A stretch of DNA of 64,000 bases from Octopus sinensis (taxonomy: Eukaryota): NCBI RefSeq assembly GCF_006345805.1, contig NC_042997.1, positions 162,068,001 through 162,132,000 of the forward strand, read 5' to 3'. The notes below the pieces were generated by a model. It saw nothing but the letters and a program-made list of their open reading frames with translations, made no database searches and was not told the origin of the DNA. Made by a program: the position numbers and the translations under genes. The stretch's first letter is position 1, and the number at the start of each line of letters is the position of its first letter. Below, piece by piece: positions 51,835-64,000 of this stretch.

Positions 51835-52045
51835 CGTGTTTATTTGCAATACCACTACTGCTTGACATCTGGTGTTGGTTTGTTAACATCCCCCGTAACT
51901 TAGTGGTTCGGCAAAAGAGCCGATAGAATAAGTACTAGACTTCAAAAAAATAATAATACTGGAGTCGATTTGTTCGACTAAACCCTCCACGGCGGTGGCT
52001 CAGCATAGCCGTAATCCAGTGATTGAAACAAGTAAAAGATTAAAA
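51640..52045 (+). mobile_element. Family-C SINE with an internal (GT)n tract
   Basis: tRNA-like head ggctgtgtagctaaga...gggttctgtccc, actttgagcaagtgt core, tail gattgaaacaagtaaaaga. Confidence 0.8.
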
Positions 52046-52559
52046 TTCTATATTTCATTTTCAGAGTTGCTCTTTTTCTTTATCTTTTATATATATATAT
52101 TTAGAATTTGGTCATTTTAAAAAATTATCATTTTCATAACTAAAGATGAAAATTTGATTGGCGTCTCTAGATATTTCGTCCACCACCACTAGTTATTCTA
52201 TCGTGTTTATAAACACAGTAATTATCTTTGGTAGAAACGGTAGTGTGCCTAATATAATACGTAATTAATGCTTTTATCCGTCTACTTTCTGTACTCAAGT
52301 TTCAAGCAGTAATTTTGCCATCAATTCAGAAGTACGTATAAAACTTTCAGAAAATTAGCCTTGTGCCTAGTGGAAAGAAATCAGCTGCAGAACTAAAAAA
52401 ATGAGGGAAATTCTAAAATCTGGAATTCGGCAGCTCAAAGTGCAGAAAATTTCAAGCCAAAGAAAAGTAAATATTCTCAGAATATCATCGTTTTTAGAGA
52501 GAAAAAATAGAGGTTATTTTACGGTTATCAGATACTTGCATATTATATTACTTGTTAAG

Positions 52560-52704
52560 AAATTACTTTTAATGCTAATTTTTTATTTCGTTTCAGTGTA
52601 TTTCAGCGAGTTTTATAATAACTCTAACTAATTTCTAAAATGGCTGCCTGCTAGAGGATTTTATTAAAATGTTTTTAACGATTTAATTGGTATAAAGAAG
52701 CAAT
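52560..52704 (+). promoter_or_regulatory. Putative XAB2 promoter / 5' leader with a YY1-like motif and two uORFs
   Basis: AAAATGGCTGCC at 52637-52648; uORFs 52640-52654 (MAAC) and 52669-52686 (MFLTI). The TSS cannot be determined from sequence. Confidence 0.45.
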
Positions 52705-52737
52705 ATGCCGACATCTGTATTAAAAGATATATATTTT
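52705..52737 (+). CDS. XAB2: Pre-mRNA-splicing factor SYF1/XAB2, coding exon 1
   Basis: ATG...MPTSVLKDIYF then GTAAGT; splices in phase 0 to EEDDLPYEE, mirroring DLVF|EEEDLPYEE in human XAB2. Confidence 0.8.
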
Positions 52738-55075
52738 GTAAGTATGAATAATTAAATTAACATTATTCAGTATTTATCTAATCTTGAATACATTAATTTT
52801 AAAAACTTTTATTTCTTTTATAATAATTTGCCGAAGAATTTACTCGACTTCTATTTCCTTTCTGTTTCCCAATATTGTATATTGAACTTTCTAAATTAAA
52901 TGAAACATAATAACTTTATTTATTTCATTGCAATAATGTTATTATAAAATTCCCTGTCATTTATCCATGTGAGCATATTTACGTGCTTTTCAATTTTCGC
53001 TCCATTCCGGCTTACCTTATGAATAATCTCCCTTGTGTTTTGAAATATTTCTTAACTTTAATATTACTACATTTTTTTCATTAAAAACCGTACAAATGTT
53101 CCTCATCTGTTTAATAAAAAAGATTCCAAGGGCAACTTTATTTAGTAAATAACTTATTTACATAGGGTGCTCGTAGTTTCTTTTATTTTGTTTATAATAA
53201 ACAAGACTACAATAGTTACGAGAGAACCGGGTTAGATCCACAGTATTACACAAGTGCGTCGAGTCTCTGAAGTCAAATCCCACTTGGATCGCTTAATTTT
53301 TCAGTTTTGCACTTGTTACAGAAACTACTCCACAGATTTCTAACAACTTGTTTTTCTGCCTCGAATGATTAAGCTCAATTGAAGAAAATATAACTCAATC
53401 TAATAAAAATGTCAAAGTTCAAACATGTGCTCGACTCTCCAGTGACAATAGAATATTGGAAATGTTTCATGTATTTTCTTTAGTTTGGGTTTAAAGGAGT
53501 GAGTTGATAGGGAAATTTCTATCAGATCACATCCCACAGTTGTTCCTGCTTCCACAAAGGTGTCAGATTTCCCTCAAATCAAATCGTACTGTCTTAAATA
53601 AGCGAATACATTCCATAATGTAGTCTTATATATATATATATATCCTTAAAAACGGGATGGCCACGACTGGAATCCCTTTGATCATAGGTTTGCTAAATCA
53701 GATCTGATCTCAGTCTAAGCAAGAACATTGATTAGAGTTTTAAAACAATGCATTTGATGAATTTATACATCGATTTCTAAGGGGAAAAACCCTTGTTGTA
53801 ATAAGGAATAATTGACTATACTCTGTTTTTTTTTTTTAGCTTTGCTAACTACTTTAAATTAATCTATCTTTTAAAAAATATTAAATGAAGTTATTGATGT
53901 AACATGTATATTACAAATAGATTAACATTTAAATGATCTAATATCAAGATTGCATATTATAGTTTCTCCTGTCACTCCTAACATTTTATAAAGTTTTTTT
54001 TACTAGGGTGCTAATGACGCTATTTTGTGTCCAAATACTCAGTTTTAACAAACCATGAGTGATTCTGCAATAATTTCACCCAACAAATGTTTCTATTAAA
54101 TAGTGGCTACTGCCTTTGCCAGTTATTTTAAACTTGTGATCATCTCTATTCTAAACTTATATTGCATATAAGAAAAAAGTTATTTTTTGTTTCTATACAC
54201 AGTTGCAATACTTTATAACCTGTTCAAAAAATTATAAAGCTTTTACTTTTCAGTAAATAAAAATGTATTATATTAGTATTTGATTTATAATTAAATACAG
54301 TTTCGTTAATTGACATACACTCACAAATGAATCTCTAGACCACATGTACTTTTTCTTTACTCTCACTTTTTACTGCTAAATGCTACTACAGAGATCTCTG
54401 CTCCTTAGAACTCCCTGGTCTTGTGCCATTTTTGCTCAGGCACTTGAGATTCACTCTTCTCTCATCCTCTTGTCACCCATACTGTGTCCACACCTCCAGG
54501 TCCTGCACTAGCCACTATGCCTAGTCATTGCTCCTTAGGATATCATTCCTCTGGAATTCCTTCCCTGAACATGTTTCTCCTGTATGCTTCAGTTTGCATT
54601 TATTCAAGAGGGGCATTTAGCCCAACCATCTCACAACCCTTTCCTTTAAATCAAGCCAAAAAGAAAAAATTATCTGCCACAATAAGGTCTTGTTGACATA
54701 GAACAGCTTGCTTCAAATATAAATAAGTTACCATTTTTGATTCTGAAAGAAATAAAATTAGCTGCAGTAATCCACATCTCATTTTACATAGGTTAAACCA
54801 TAAAAATTAGATTAGATATCTCTTTAGAATTTCTTTAAGATAACAAAATATGTAAAAGCTGTCTGTTGAAGGGTGAAGTTTGTTTTATCTTACAAATATG
54901 TGATACTACACTTAAGATATCCAATTTCATTCACCTGTGAATGTAGTCCACCAACTGCTTGCATCACTGAAAGAAAAGTTACTAAATCATTATGTAGATA
55001 ATTCTAATTTGAACATTTTATTCAAATATTGGAATAGGATATTATTTTAACTTCATATTTGTTCTAATACTAACC

Positions 55076-55117
<42 letters not shown>

Positions 55118-55201
55118 ATACATGCCCACAATAGATAGGTGTAATCACTTATATTTTTGCCAACCATCATTATACTGTATGTCTGTCTTTTACATTTCCA
55201 G

Positions 55202-55350
55202 GAAGAAGATGATCTTCCTTATGAGGAGGATATCCTTCGAAACCCCTACTCTGTCAAATGTTGGCTTCGTTATATTGAACACAAGAAAGAGGCTCCAAAA
55301 ACTGTTATAAACATGATATACGAAAGGGCCATTAAAGAAATGCCTGGAAG
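55202..55350 (+). CDS. XAB2: SYF1/XAB2 exon 2
   Basis: ttccAG acceptor; EEDDLPYEEDILRNPYSVKCWLRYIEHK...YERAIKEMPG; GT donor in phase 2. Confidence 0.97.
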
Positions 55351-55944
55351 GTAATGGTATAATTTGGAAATATGTCTTTATTATTCTTGTTTGATTATTT
55401 AGTTTGACTGATGAGAGCAGTGCAGTAGATGTTCATATTCAGCCTCTGAGGCTGAGGTCATTATGTAAAATGTTAGCAACAAAAGATTTCAGATGGTTGT
55501 GTATCTGGTAGCATGATTTGATCAAAGTGTTTAGTGTGAGATGATTTTTAGAGTAAGAGAGAATAGGAATGAAGCGGGGAGATGAAGATGATAACGAAGT
55601 TTAGTCCCAGTTTAACTCTCACACAGTAAACCTGGTTACAAATGTTCTAACCCAACCACCTTATCTTTTTTGGAGTAAGTAGGGTGACATATTTAATGTT
55701 TTTGTGCTTATTTGATGCAGTAGGTGTCATCTGAAGGAAGTTGGTTTCTATTTCTAGGCAAATGAACAATCATATAGAAGTTTTCTTGTCTCAGGTGAAT
55801 TGGGTGGGAGTGGTATACAGCTTACCATATATACTCATATACAAATCACACTCGTTTTGTCTTATATCTGGTTTCCGCATTTGACTCATGTATAAGCTGC
55901 AAGCTATTTTCTATAAGTACTGTTTGTGACATTGCTTAAATTTA

Positions 55945-57600
55945 TCATCATCTTTTAACATCCTTTGTCCATCCTGCCATGGGTTGAACGGTTTGACCAG
56001 GGCTGGCAAACTGAAAGGCTGCTCCAGACTCCAGTCTGATTTGGCAAGGTTTCTACAGCTGGATGCCCTTCCTAATGCCAACCACTTTGAGAGTGTACTG
56101 GGTGCTTTTAGTGTCACCAGCATGGGTACCATTTGCATGACACCAATATCTGCCATGACTGCGATTTTACTTGGCTTGATGGGTCTTCTTCTCAAACACG
56201 ACAATGCCAAAGGTCTTGGTCATTCATCATTGCCTCCATGAGGCCCAACACTTGAAAGGAGCTTTTCATATGATGCCACTAGCATCAGCCACTTTACCTC
56301 TGTGAGGCCCAATGCTTGAAAGGTGTTTTTTATGTGGGCCAGGCACAGATGCTAGTTATGTGACACCAGCATCAGCCATGACTATGATTTCACTTGACTT
56401 GATTGATCTTCTCAAACATAGCATATCAACAAAGGTCTCATTCACTGGTTATTGCCTCTGTGAGACCCAAAGTTCGAAGATCATGCTTCACTACCTTGTC
56501 CCATCTCTTTTGGGGTCTATCTCTACCACAGGTTCCCTCCACAGTTAGAGATTGGTACTTCTATACACAGCTGTCCTCATACATACCAGCGCAGTTGTCT
56601 CTCTTGCACACCACATCTGATGCCTCTTATGGCCACCTTTTCTCTCAAGACATTTACACTCTGTCGAACATGCACACTGACATTGCACATCCAATGAAGC
56701 ATACTGGCTTCATTTATTTCAAGTTTACGCAAGTCCTCAGCTGTCACAGCCCATATTTCACTGCCAAGTAGCATAGCTGTTTGCATACAATCATCATACG
56801 ATCTGCCTTTCACTCTGAGAGAGAGGCCTTTTGTTACCAGCAGAGGTAGGAGCTCTCTGAACTTTGCCCAGCCTACTCTTATTCTCACAGCTATGTCTCG
56901 GAACATCCACCTCCACTTCTAACTTGGTCACCTAGATAACATAAGCCATCTGCTACCTCTAGCTCACCCCACTGGCAGTTGATGGAGTTTATTTTCATAC
57001 ATTTTCAGTGTTTATTGTACCTGTGCATCTTCTACTCACAAAAGCTATTTTCCATGTTAACCTTCCTCTGATATTGTTGCACCTCTTATGTGTCCATAAC
57101 TTACACTAGGTACATCTTATGGAGTTTCTACCTATACCTTTTTTTACAGATTTAGCAGGGCCATCTACCTGAAGGAATTTATGATTTGTCTGCCTTCCTA
57201 CTTACTAAGATTTTGGCTTTTGCTAGATTAACTTATAAGGCACTTTGATTCTAGACCTTGCTTCCATATCTGAAATGTCTTCTCTAGTTCTGGTAGTGAT
57301 TCAGCTATAAGAACAAGTTCATCAGCATAGAGGAGCTCCCAATGTAGCTTGTCTTAAATTCCTCTGTTATTGCCTGGAGGACTATGGTGAACGAGAGGGG
57401 GCTGAGGACCGATCGTATGTGAACTACTACTTATACCCTAAATTCTTCGCTGTGCTTGTTGCCAGCCCTCACCTTACTGCAAGCATCCCTGTACATGATT
57501 TGTACAGCTCTCACCAACCATTCGTCTATCCCTAGTTTCCGCATTGACCTCCAGATAAGGGATTGGGGGACCCTGATGAAGGCTTTTTTCCAAGTCTCTG
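55945..57600 (-). mobile_element. RTE-clade LINE fragment in XAB2 intron 2 (antisense)
   Basis: ELLYADELVLIAES; RIRVGWAKFRELLPLLVTKGLSLRVKGR...GSEIWA...RQLRWY; 3' end with a (GAT)n tail. Confidence 0.9.
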
Positions 57601-58430
57601 CAGCATTACTGTTAACAGTCTATAGTCACTGTTGTTGCACTTATAATAATCCTCATCTATTAAAGTCCAACTGTTATATGGGTTGGGTACTTATTTAGTT
57701 TGTTACTCTGAAAGTTCCTTATCTAGCAATTCATTTTCTGTTCTTTTATTCTTTTACTTGTTTTAGTCATTTAACTGTGGCCATGCTGGAGCACTGCCTT
57801 TAACACCGTTCCATATATCATATTGAAATTACCCCATTTTTCAAAAGCTTTTGCTATCATTTCACTTGGAATACTTTCTCATTTTTCTTTCGCACCTTGT
57901 ACAGCAATATCTCTGTCTACTTTTACTTACCTAATGCTAGACCATTTCTTTTCATGAATCTCATACACCACTCAATTGAAGCTTGGAATTTTTGGAGTAA
58001 TATATTTACTTTGATAGTTGTAATGCCTGGTCATGAAGGAATATTACCTTACTTGGAAACTGGTGAGGGTTGGTGACAAGAAGGGCATCCAGCTGTAGGA
58101 AGTCCACCTCAACAAAATTCTGTCCCATGCTTGCTTGTGTCTGATGTTAAAATGATCATGATAATAGATATATAGTCACTATGATTAATGATCACAGAAT
58201 ATGAGGACCAAAAAGTTTAGTTCTATAGCAAGTTTGAAAGGTTTAGTTGTGTTCATGTGTAATAGTGCTAAACTATTTCCTTAATGTTTATAGTTATCGT
58301 ACAAACTCAAAATGGTAAATTTATTAAAGGCTATTCATTGTTGAAAATCAGTTGGAAATTCAATTAAAATCTATTATAAATTTTGAATACTTAAAGTAAT
58401 TCTAAAAATTTTTTTGTTTTTCTCTTTTAG

Positions 58431-58554
58431 TTATAAATTATGGTATAATTACTTAAAGCTTCGACGCAGACAAATCCGTGGTCGCTGTATCAGTGACCCT
58501 GCTCATGATGATGTGGCTAATGCATATGAAAGATCTTTGGTCTTCATGCATAAG
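58431..58554 (+). CDS. XAB2: SYF1/XAB2 exon 3
   Basis: SYKLWYNYLKLRRRQIRGRCISDPAHDDVANAYERSLVFMHK; AG/GT sites with consistent phase. Confidence 0.97.
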
Positions 58555-59184
58555 GTATATGTTATTTGGTTTTGTTTGGATTTTACAGTTTTCCTCCTAT
58601 GTCTATGGCATTCTTCATTCATAATTATTCTTCAGAATGCTTAATATAATTTTTAAAGCATTGAGCATTTTCCTTTTGATTTACTTTAAATTATATTTTA
58701 ATACATTAATTATACTTTAATGAATTTGTCACTAATAATGCATTCATTTTGTGCTAATTAAATTATAAATTCTGTACTCCAATTTTTTTTTCTCCATATA
58801 TATCAAACATATATATCAATAACTCTGAATAAAAACTGATACAGAAGTGAACTACTCTAGTCTAGCTTCAGGAAACTTCTCTAGTCCCAGTGGCATGGTA
58901 ATATGCACCTAGCCATACTGTAAGACAAATACAAAAACAAAGTTGGTTGATTTTCACTGTGTGCTAGATAATGTGAACCATAACAGGATGCTGAAACCAG
59001 TCCAATGTATACCAGCATGGGAAAATAGACAAAGTGTTGTTGATGTTGATGATGATCATCATCATTTAATTTGCATTTGGTATTATCATATTGGCCATGT
59101 GAGTAGAACATCAGAGATTATCCTAAAGATGCTACCGAAAGGACTTAGCTATTCTTAGCTGTAAAGTAGACCAGTTAAGTGACT

Positions 59185-59910
59185 TAATCATCATCATTTA
59201 ATGTTCAGCTTCCATGCTAGTGTGGATTAAACAGTTTGACAGGATCCAAAAAGCCAGAGAACTTCATATGGTTCCAATGTTTGTTCTGGCATAGTTTTTT
59301 TAACCAGATGCCCTTTCTAATGCCAACCACGTTATAGTGTGTACTGGCTGCTTTTTCATGACACTGGCACTTGTGAGGTTGCCAAATAACTAACAAGATA
59401 AAGAAAAGCCGTTTGACTGAGTGGGGTTGTAGTAAAAAGGAAGATGACATGCCAGGTGTTAAGCTAAAGTATGACCAAAGGACGGACAGATGTCTTCATA
59501 TAGAGAAAATATGTGGTTTCCCACACATTATATTAGGGTGAGTCATTGGGAATATGTGGTTTCCCATACATTATATAATTGTGAATAGTTGGAAAGAAGA
59601 CAATGATAGTGGTGATGATGTGCATTTCATAAATGTCTAACTTAGTGACTCAGGCAATGTGAGTGAAATTGAGTTTCACCCTCTTGAATTTTTCTATTTT
59701 TTGTCTTGCAAGTACCTGGTGACCCTATCAGTGCAGGTGCCACTTAAAAGCACCCAGTCCACATTATAAAGTGGTTGGTGTTCAGAAGGGCATCCAGTTG
59801 TAAAAACCTTGCCTGTGCTTGTGCCATGTAAAAAGCATTAAGCCCACTCTGCTGAGTGGTTGGTGTTAGGAAGAGCATCCAGCCATAAAACTTCTGTCAA
59901 AACAGTCTGG
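59185..59910. mobile_element. RTE 3'-UTR-related short repeats in XAB2 intron 3
   Basis: Repeated aaaagcacccagt...gtggttggtgttaggaagggcatccagc motif, also at 56040-56110, 58060-58110 and 63920-64000. Confidence 0.65.
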
Positions 59911-60317
59911 TGGCAGCGGCAATGAAGAAGAAGAAGAACTGTGTGAAAACTTGTTGGATGGATTGCACCTCTGTTTCAAAGATTCAGCTTGTTACTTTTT
60001 ATCTCAGTGTTTCACCAGATAATTATGTTAAAACTGCACTTCTGTCAGTGAAATGCTCAGCCACTTACATACTAATTTAATGACCATCCTGTTTTATTTT
60101 GGTGGGTAATGTACTTTAGACTACATTAGCCAGTATTTCCTTTTTCCTTTCAGCTGGTAAAGTGTGACTTGAGGGATATTTAGTTGCAATTTTTTATGTT
60201 AAGTGACCTCGTATTGACTGTTGGTTTTTGCTTGTTATGAATCCTCACTGTGTGCTACTATACACTCGTATATTATAAACCAAATAAAAACTAATGGTTT
60301 TTATATTCTTTTCACAG

Positions 60318-60515
60318 ATGCCTCGTATTTGGCTTGACTATTGCCAACTTCTTATGGACCAATGTAAAATTACCTCCACTAGATATACATTTGATCGAGC
60401 TTTGCGTGCTCTCCCAATCACTCAACACCATAGGATATGGCCTCTATATTTACAACTAGTAACTATGTATCCCTTACCAGAAACAGCTGTCAGGATCTAT
60501 CGACGATATTTGAAG
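60318..60515 (+). CDS. XAB2: SYF1/XAB2 exon 4
   Basis: MPRIWLDYCQLLMDQ...FDRALRALPITQHHRIWPLYL...PETAVRIYRRYLK; 198 bp, phase 0/0. Confidence 0.98.
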
Positions 60516-61115
60516 GTAATTTGAGGTCTAAAGTCTTTATATATATAAATATATTCTTTTTGTATTTTCATAAAAGCTAAGTTGTGAAGATATTTTTCTT
60601 CCTTTTTTTCCTTTAAATTGATATATGCTTTTTGTTTTATCATAAAGACTGACAAAAGTCAGTGATTGATATTGTAAGCATTTATTATCAGGATAAACAC
60701 ATACTCCTCATTTGTATGTTTGTGAATATAGGTATCTTATACATAAAAATGCTTGTGAAAAATTCTCTAAGTTTATAAAGATAGTTGTACTGTAAAGTAT
60801 TAAACTCTTAATTCAGAGTTTAATCTAGCCTACAAGTTCCCCCTTTTTTTTTAAATCAATTAATATTCTTCATTTATCATATTTTTAATTTAACAAGTAG
60901 GCAATTCAGTTGCTCATTGTCCAAACTAATGGAGGATCCTTCAACGTATCTTTATCAAAATGTAACATCTTTTACCATATACAGTTTTAGTTTAGATTCT
61001 TTGCCAGAAATATACAGAAAATGATACTGAAAAAATTTTTACATCAATCTTTTACCAAAATGATTGTAATAATTCTTTTGAAAAGTTTTCATTTAATTGT
61101 ATGTATAATCATCTC

Positions 61116-61146
<31 letters not shown>

Positions 61147-61234
61147 GTCTTATACTTATTTCATTTCAATATAATCATGTAAATAATCTTCACTCATTCT
61201 AATATTACTGGTTATTTTATGTATTTCTTTATAG

Positions 61235-61369
61235 CTTAAGAAAGAAGATACTGAACAATATATTGATTACCTAATATCTATTGATTGGCTTGATGAAGCG
61301 GCACAACGTCTAGCAACTATTATAAATGATGAACAGTTTGTCTCAAAAAAAGGAAAATCTAAACATCAA
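61235..61369 (+). CDS. XAB2: SYF1/XAB2 exon 5 (absent from the ORF track)
   Basis: tttatAG|LKKEDTEQYIDYLISIDWLDEAAQRLATIINDEQFVSKKGKSKHQ|GTAAGT; 135 bp. Confidence 0.97.
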
Positions 61370-62546
61370 GTAAGTTATTCCACTGATGGACTTCAAGCAT
61401 TTAAATCATATCAAATAGTTTATGGTGTGTGTGAAAGATAGTTGTTCATCACTATGTTGTTATCAGTTTGGCATTCAGCTTCCTGATTTTGAAGGACTTG
61501 CTATATAGCCTTTATATATATCTTTTAACATTAATAGAACCAAAGCAGTACTTGTATATAGAAAAATAGGATGAGTGTATATCTGAGGCTATGAAGAGAA
61601 TTAAATTAACTAGCATGCAGTCTGTATTTCATTAACTAAAGAATATCATGATTAGACAATGTAGTATCTTATTATTAAGAGATTATTGAAAATTAAATTA
61701 AATGTTCATAGGCATAAGAATAGTAATGAATTATATATATTTTTCCTACATTACCAACAGATTATAAATCTCATCTAATCCTCTTTTAGTTAATATAGTT
61801 AATAGAATAGTTCTACCAATGAAAATATAATAATTCTACCAGTTACACAGCATGTGATTTGTGAGTACAGATTAAAGTAGGACAGAGTTCAGACAAGAAT
61901 ATAACAGATCTTAATGTATACACCTGTCATTGCAAAGTTTTCTTAAATATACATATATATTTTCACAATTTACAAAGACATTTGTCTATTGTATGTAGAA
62001 AATGTTAAAGAGATAATTGACTGGAGTAAAGACATGTAAATAGTGTATGCTTTTAAACTAGTAAAAGTTATTCTGTCAAGGCCGTGACAAAACATTAACA
62101 GCTGGCTAAATGTGAGAGGGAGAAATGAAACAGCTTACCAATAGCTGCCAGTGATGGCAGAGAGAAAGAAATTGCATGTTTTCTTTATGTAGCCAGAAAA
62201 TGGCTTACTGACTACTACTCATAGATTGACTAAAATAGCAAACAGAACTAAGATGAAACTAAAATCTGCATAAGATTATTAAGGGGTTAAGGAAAACATG
62301 TAATGTAAAAAAAGCAATTGTAATATAACAAAAATATACAATTTTTATTTAAATTGTGCAAGATGTATTTTCATTTGAAATCTCATCATCTATGTTTTCT
62401 TTTAATTATAAAATAAATGAAATAGCTTTCCTTCAGCTGTCTTTTCCTTCTGTTGCTAAAAATAACTGAAAAAAAATCTATTTGTCTTTTGTTTGGTATA
62501 AAAAGGTTTATGTATGCTTTATTATTCAATTATCTTTGTATTTCAG

Positions 62547-62711
62547 TTATGGAATGAGTTGTGTGACCTAATTGCAAAACATCCTGACAAAGTAACTTCT
62601 CTAAAAATTGAACCAATTATTCGACAAGGTCTCAAATTATACTCGGATCAAATTGGAGTCCTTTGGAATTCAATGGCTGATTATTACATTCGAGGTGGAC
62701 ATTTTGAAAGA
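62547..62711 (+). CDS. XAB2: SYF1/XAB2 exon 6; gene continues beyond the window
   Basis: LWNELCDLIAKHPDKVTSLKIEPIIRQGLKLYSDQIGVLWNSMADYYIRGGHFER|GTAAGC; 165 bp. Confidence 0.98.
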
Positions 62712-62859
62712 GTAAGCAAAAATATATTTTAATTCCTATCAACAATTTCTTTTCTTTAATAACAGATATTGTTTTTTCTTTAAATGTCAAGGGGGATCCT
62801 TAGAAGTAGTAGATAATTTCTGTTACACAGACAACCAAATTAGCAGTGGAGGAAAATGC

Positions 62860-63330
62860 TCTGAAAGCATACGGCTGGGCAAAGTTGAGAGAGCTATTTC
62901 CTCAGAATGAAAGACAGATTGTATGAAGCTATGCTACATAATGGCAAAATGTGGGCTGTGAATGCAGTTCATGCAAAGACTTGATACATATGAAGCCAGC
63001 ATGCTCTGCTGGATGTGCAATGTCAGTGTGCATGTACTACAAAGTGTTAATGTGTTGAGGTAAAATTTGTTTATAAGAGGTATCAGATGTAATGTCTGGG
63101 AGAGAAGACTGTGCTGGTATGGTCATATGATGCATATGGATGAAGGCAGCTGCATAACAAAGTGCTAAACTCTAAATGTGTAGGGAACCTGTGAAGGAAG
63201 ACCTAAGATCATGTGGAATGAAGTGGTGAAAAATGCTTTTCAGTTGTTAAACTTCACAGAGGAGATGACAAAGGACCAAATTGATTAGCAATTTATTGTG
63301 CTTGAGAAGACCCATCCAGCTAAGTAAAAT
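62860..63330 (+). mobile_element. RTE LINE fragment in XAB2 intron 6 (sense), same family as 55945-57600
   Basis: ggctgggcaaagttgagagagct...gaagccagcatgctctgctggatgtgcaatgtcagtgtgcatgt aligns with the intron-2 copy. Confidence 0.85.
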
Positions 63331-64000
63331 TGAGGCCATAAAGACACCTCTTTTATGTCCATATCCCTGTCAGACCTCTCCCCCCTCAACCCATCATCCT
63401 AACACCTCTCCCTCCTTCCACTTATGTTCTCCTCTTGCTGTAATTCCCTCCCTTCTATCTCACAATTTCCTTCACACACTCACAGTCCTACATGCACTCA
63501 TGTCCTTGTTGAATCTCATCCTCAACATATCCTCCTAACACCACCTCCCACTCATTGTATCCACTTGCTACATTCTCTTTCCCACCTCTCCATCTCCTGC
63601 TTTCCTTTCACAATCTCAAACTCACTCACTCTATCCAACCTTTAGTTCCACTTCATTTACAAACACTTCCTAGTTACTTGAGTGTACTACCCCCATCACA
63701 TCTTCATCATCTCTCTCTCTCTCGCTCCCCCTCCCTCCTTCCCCCTCCCTCTCTCTCTCTCTCTCTATCTATCTGTCTATCTAGTACCCATGTTTCTCCT
63801 CTGCTGCAAAACTCCTGTTTCTGTCCCTGTATTCATACTCTAACCTCTCCTCACCTAGCACAAAGCACCTCTCTCAATACACCCAGCTCAGTTGAGAAGT
63901 CTTGTCCTATCTGCAAGTTATCTGGTAACCTCACTGCTGCTGGTGCTATGTAAATAGAATCCAGTATACCCTGTAAAGTGGTTGGTGTTACAAAGGTCAT

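Noticed and set aside
63281-63953. Ser/Pro/Leu/His-rich ORFs
   Set aside because: Pyrimidine-rich low-complexity intronic repeat sequence with no XAB2 similarity; the expected next exon (ARDVYEE-like) is not in the window.

Overview
AT-rich, repeat-dense animal genomic DNA. The SINE/LINE repertoire and microsatellite load point to a cephalopod (Octopus-like); this is inferred from repeat motifs, not from a search. The only confidently identified host gene is the 5' part (exons 1-6, + strand, 52705-62711) of the pre-mRNA splicing factor XAB2/SYF1, which runs off the right edge. The first ~52 kb is mostly decayed transposons: a complete mariner nested in a CR1/Jockey-group LINE, a two-LTR Ty3/Gypsy element, a second mariner, RTE and R4/Dong LINE fragments, hAT/Tc1 MITEs, a Helentron-like element, many tRNA-derived SINEs and microsatellites. 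The most interesting signals are: (i) a head-to-tail pair of diverged, RT-less ORF1/gag-like units at 15.7-17.8 kb; (ii) minimal hammerhead ribozyme motifs, a tandem pair 351 bp apart at 22.4-22.9 kb and another at 45.8 kb; (iii) a recent nested inverted duplication A-X-B'-A'-Y-B at 45.6-47.2 kb; (iv) several long hairpins; (v) strong CpG depletion inside the XAB2 gene body. No CRISPR arrays, rRNA, true tRNA genes or prokaryote-type systems were seen.
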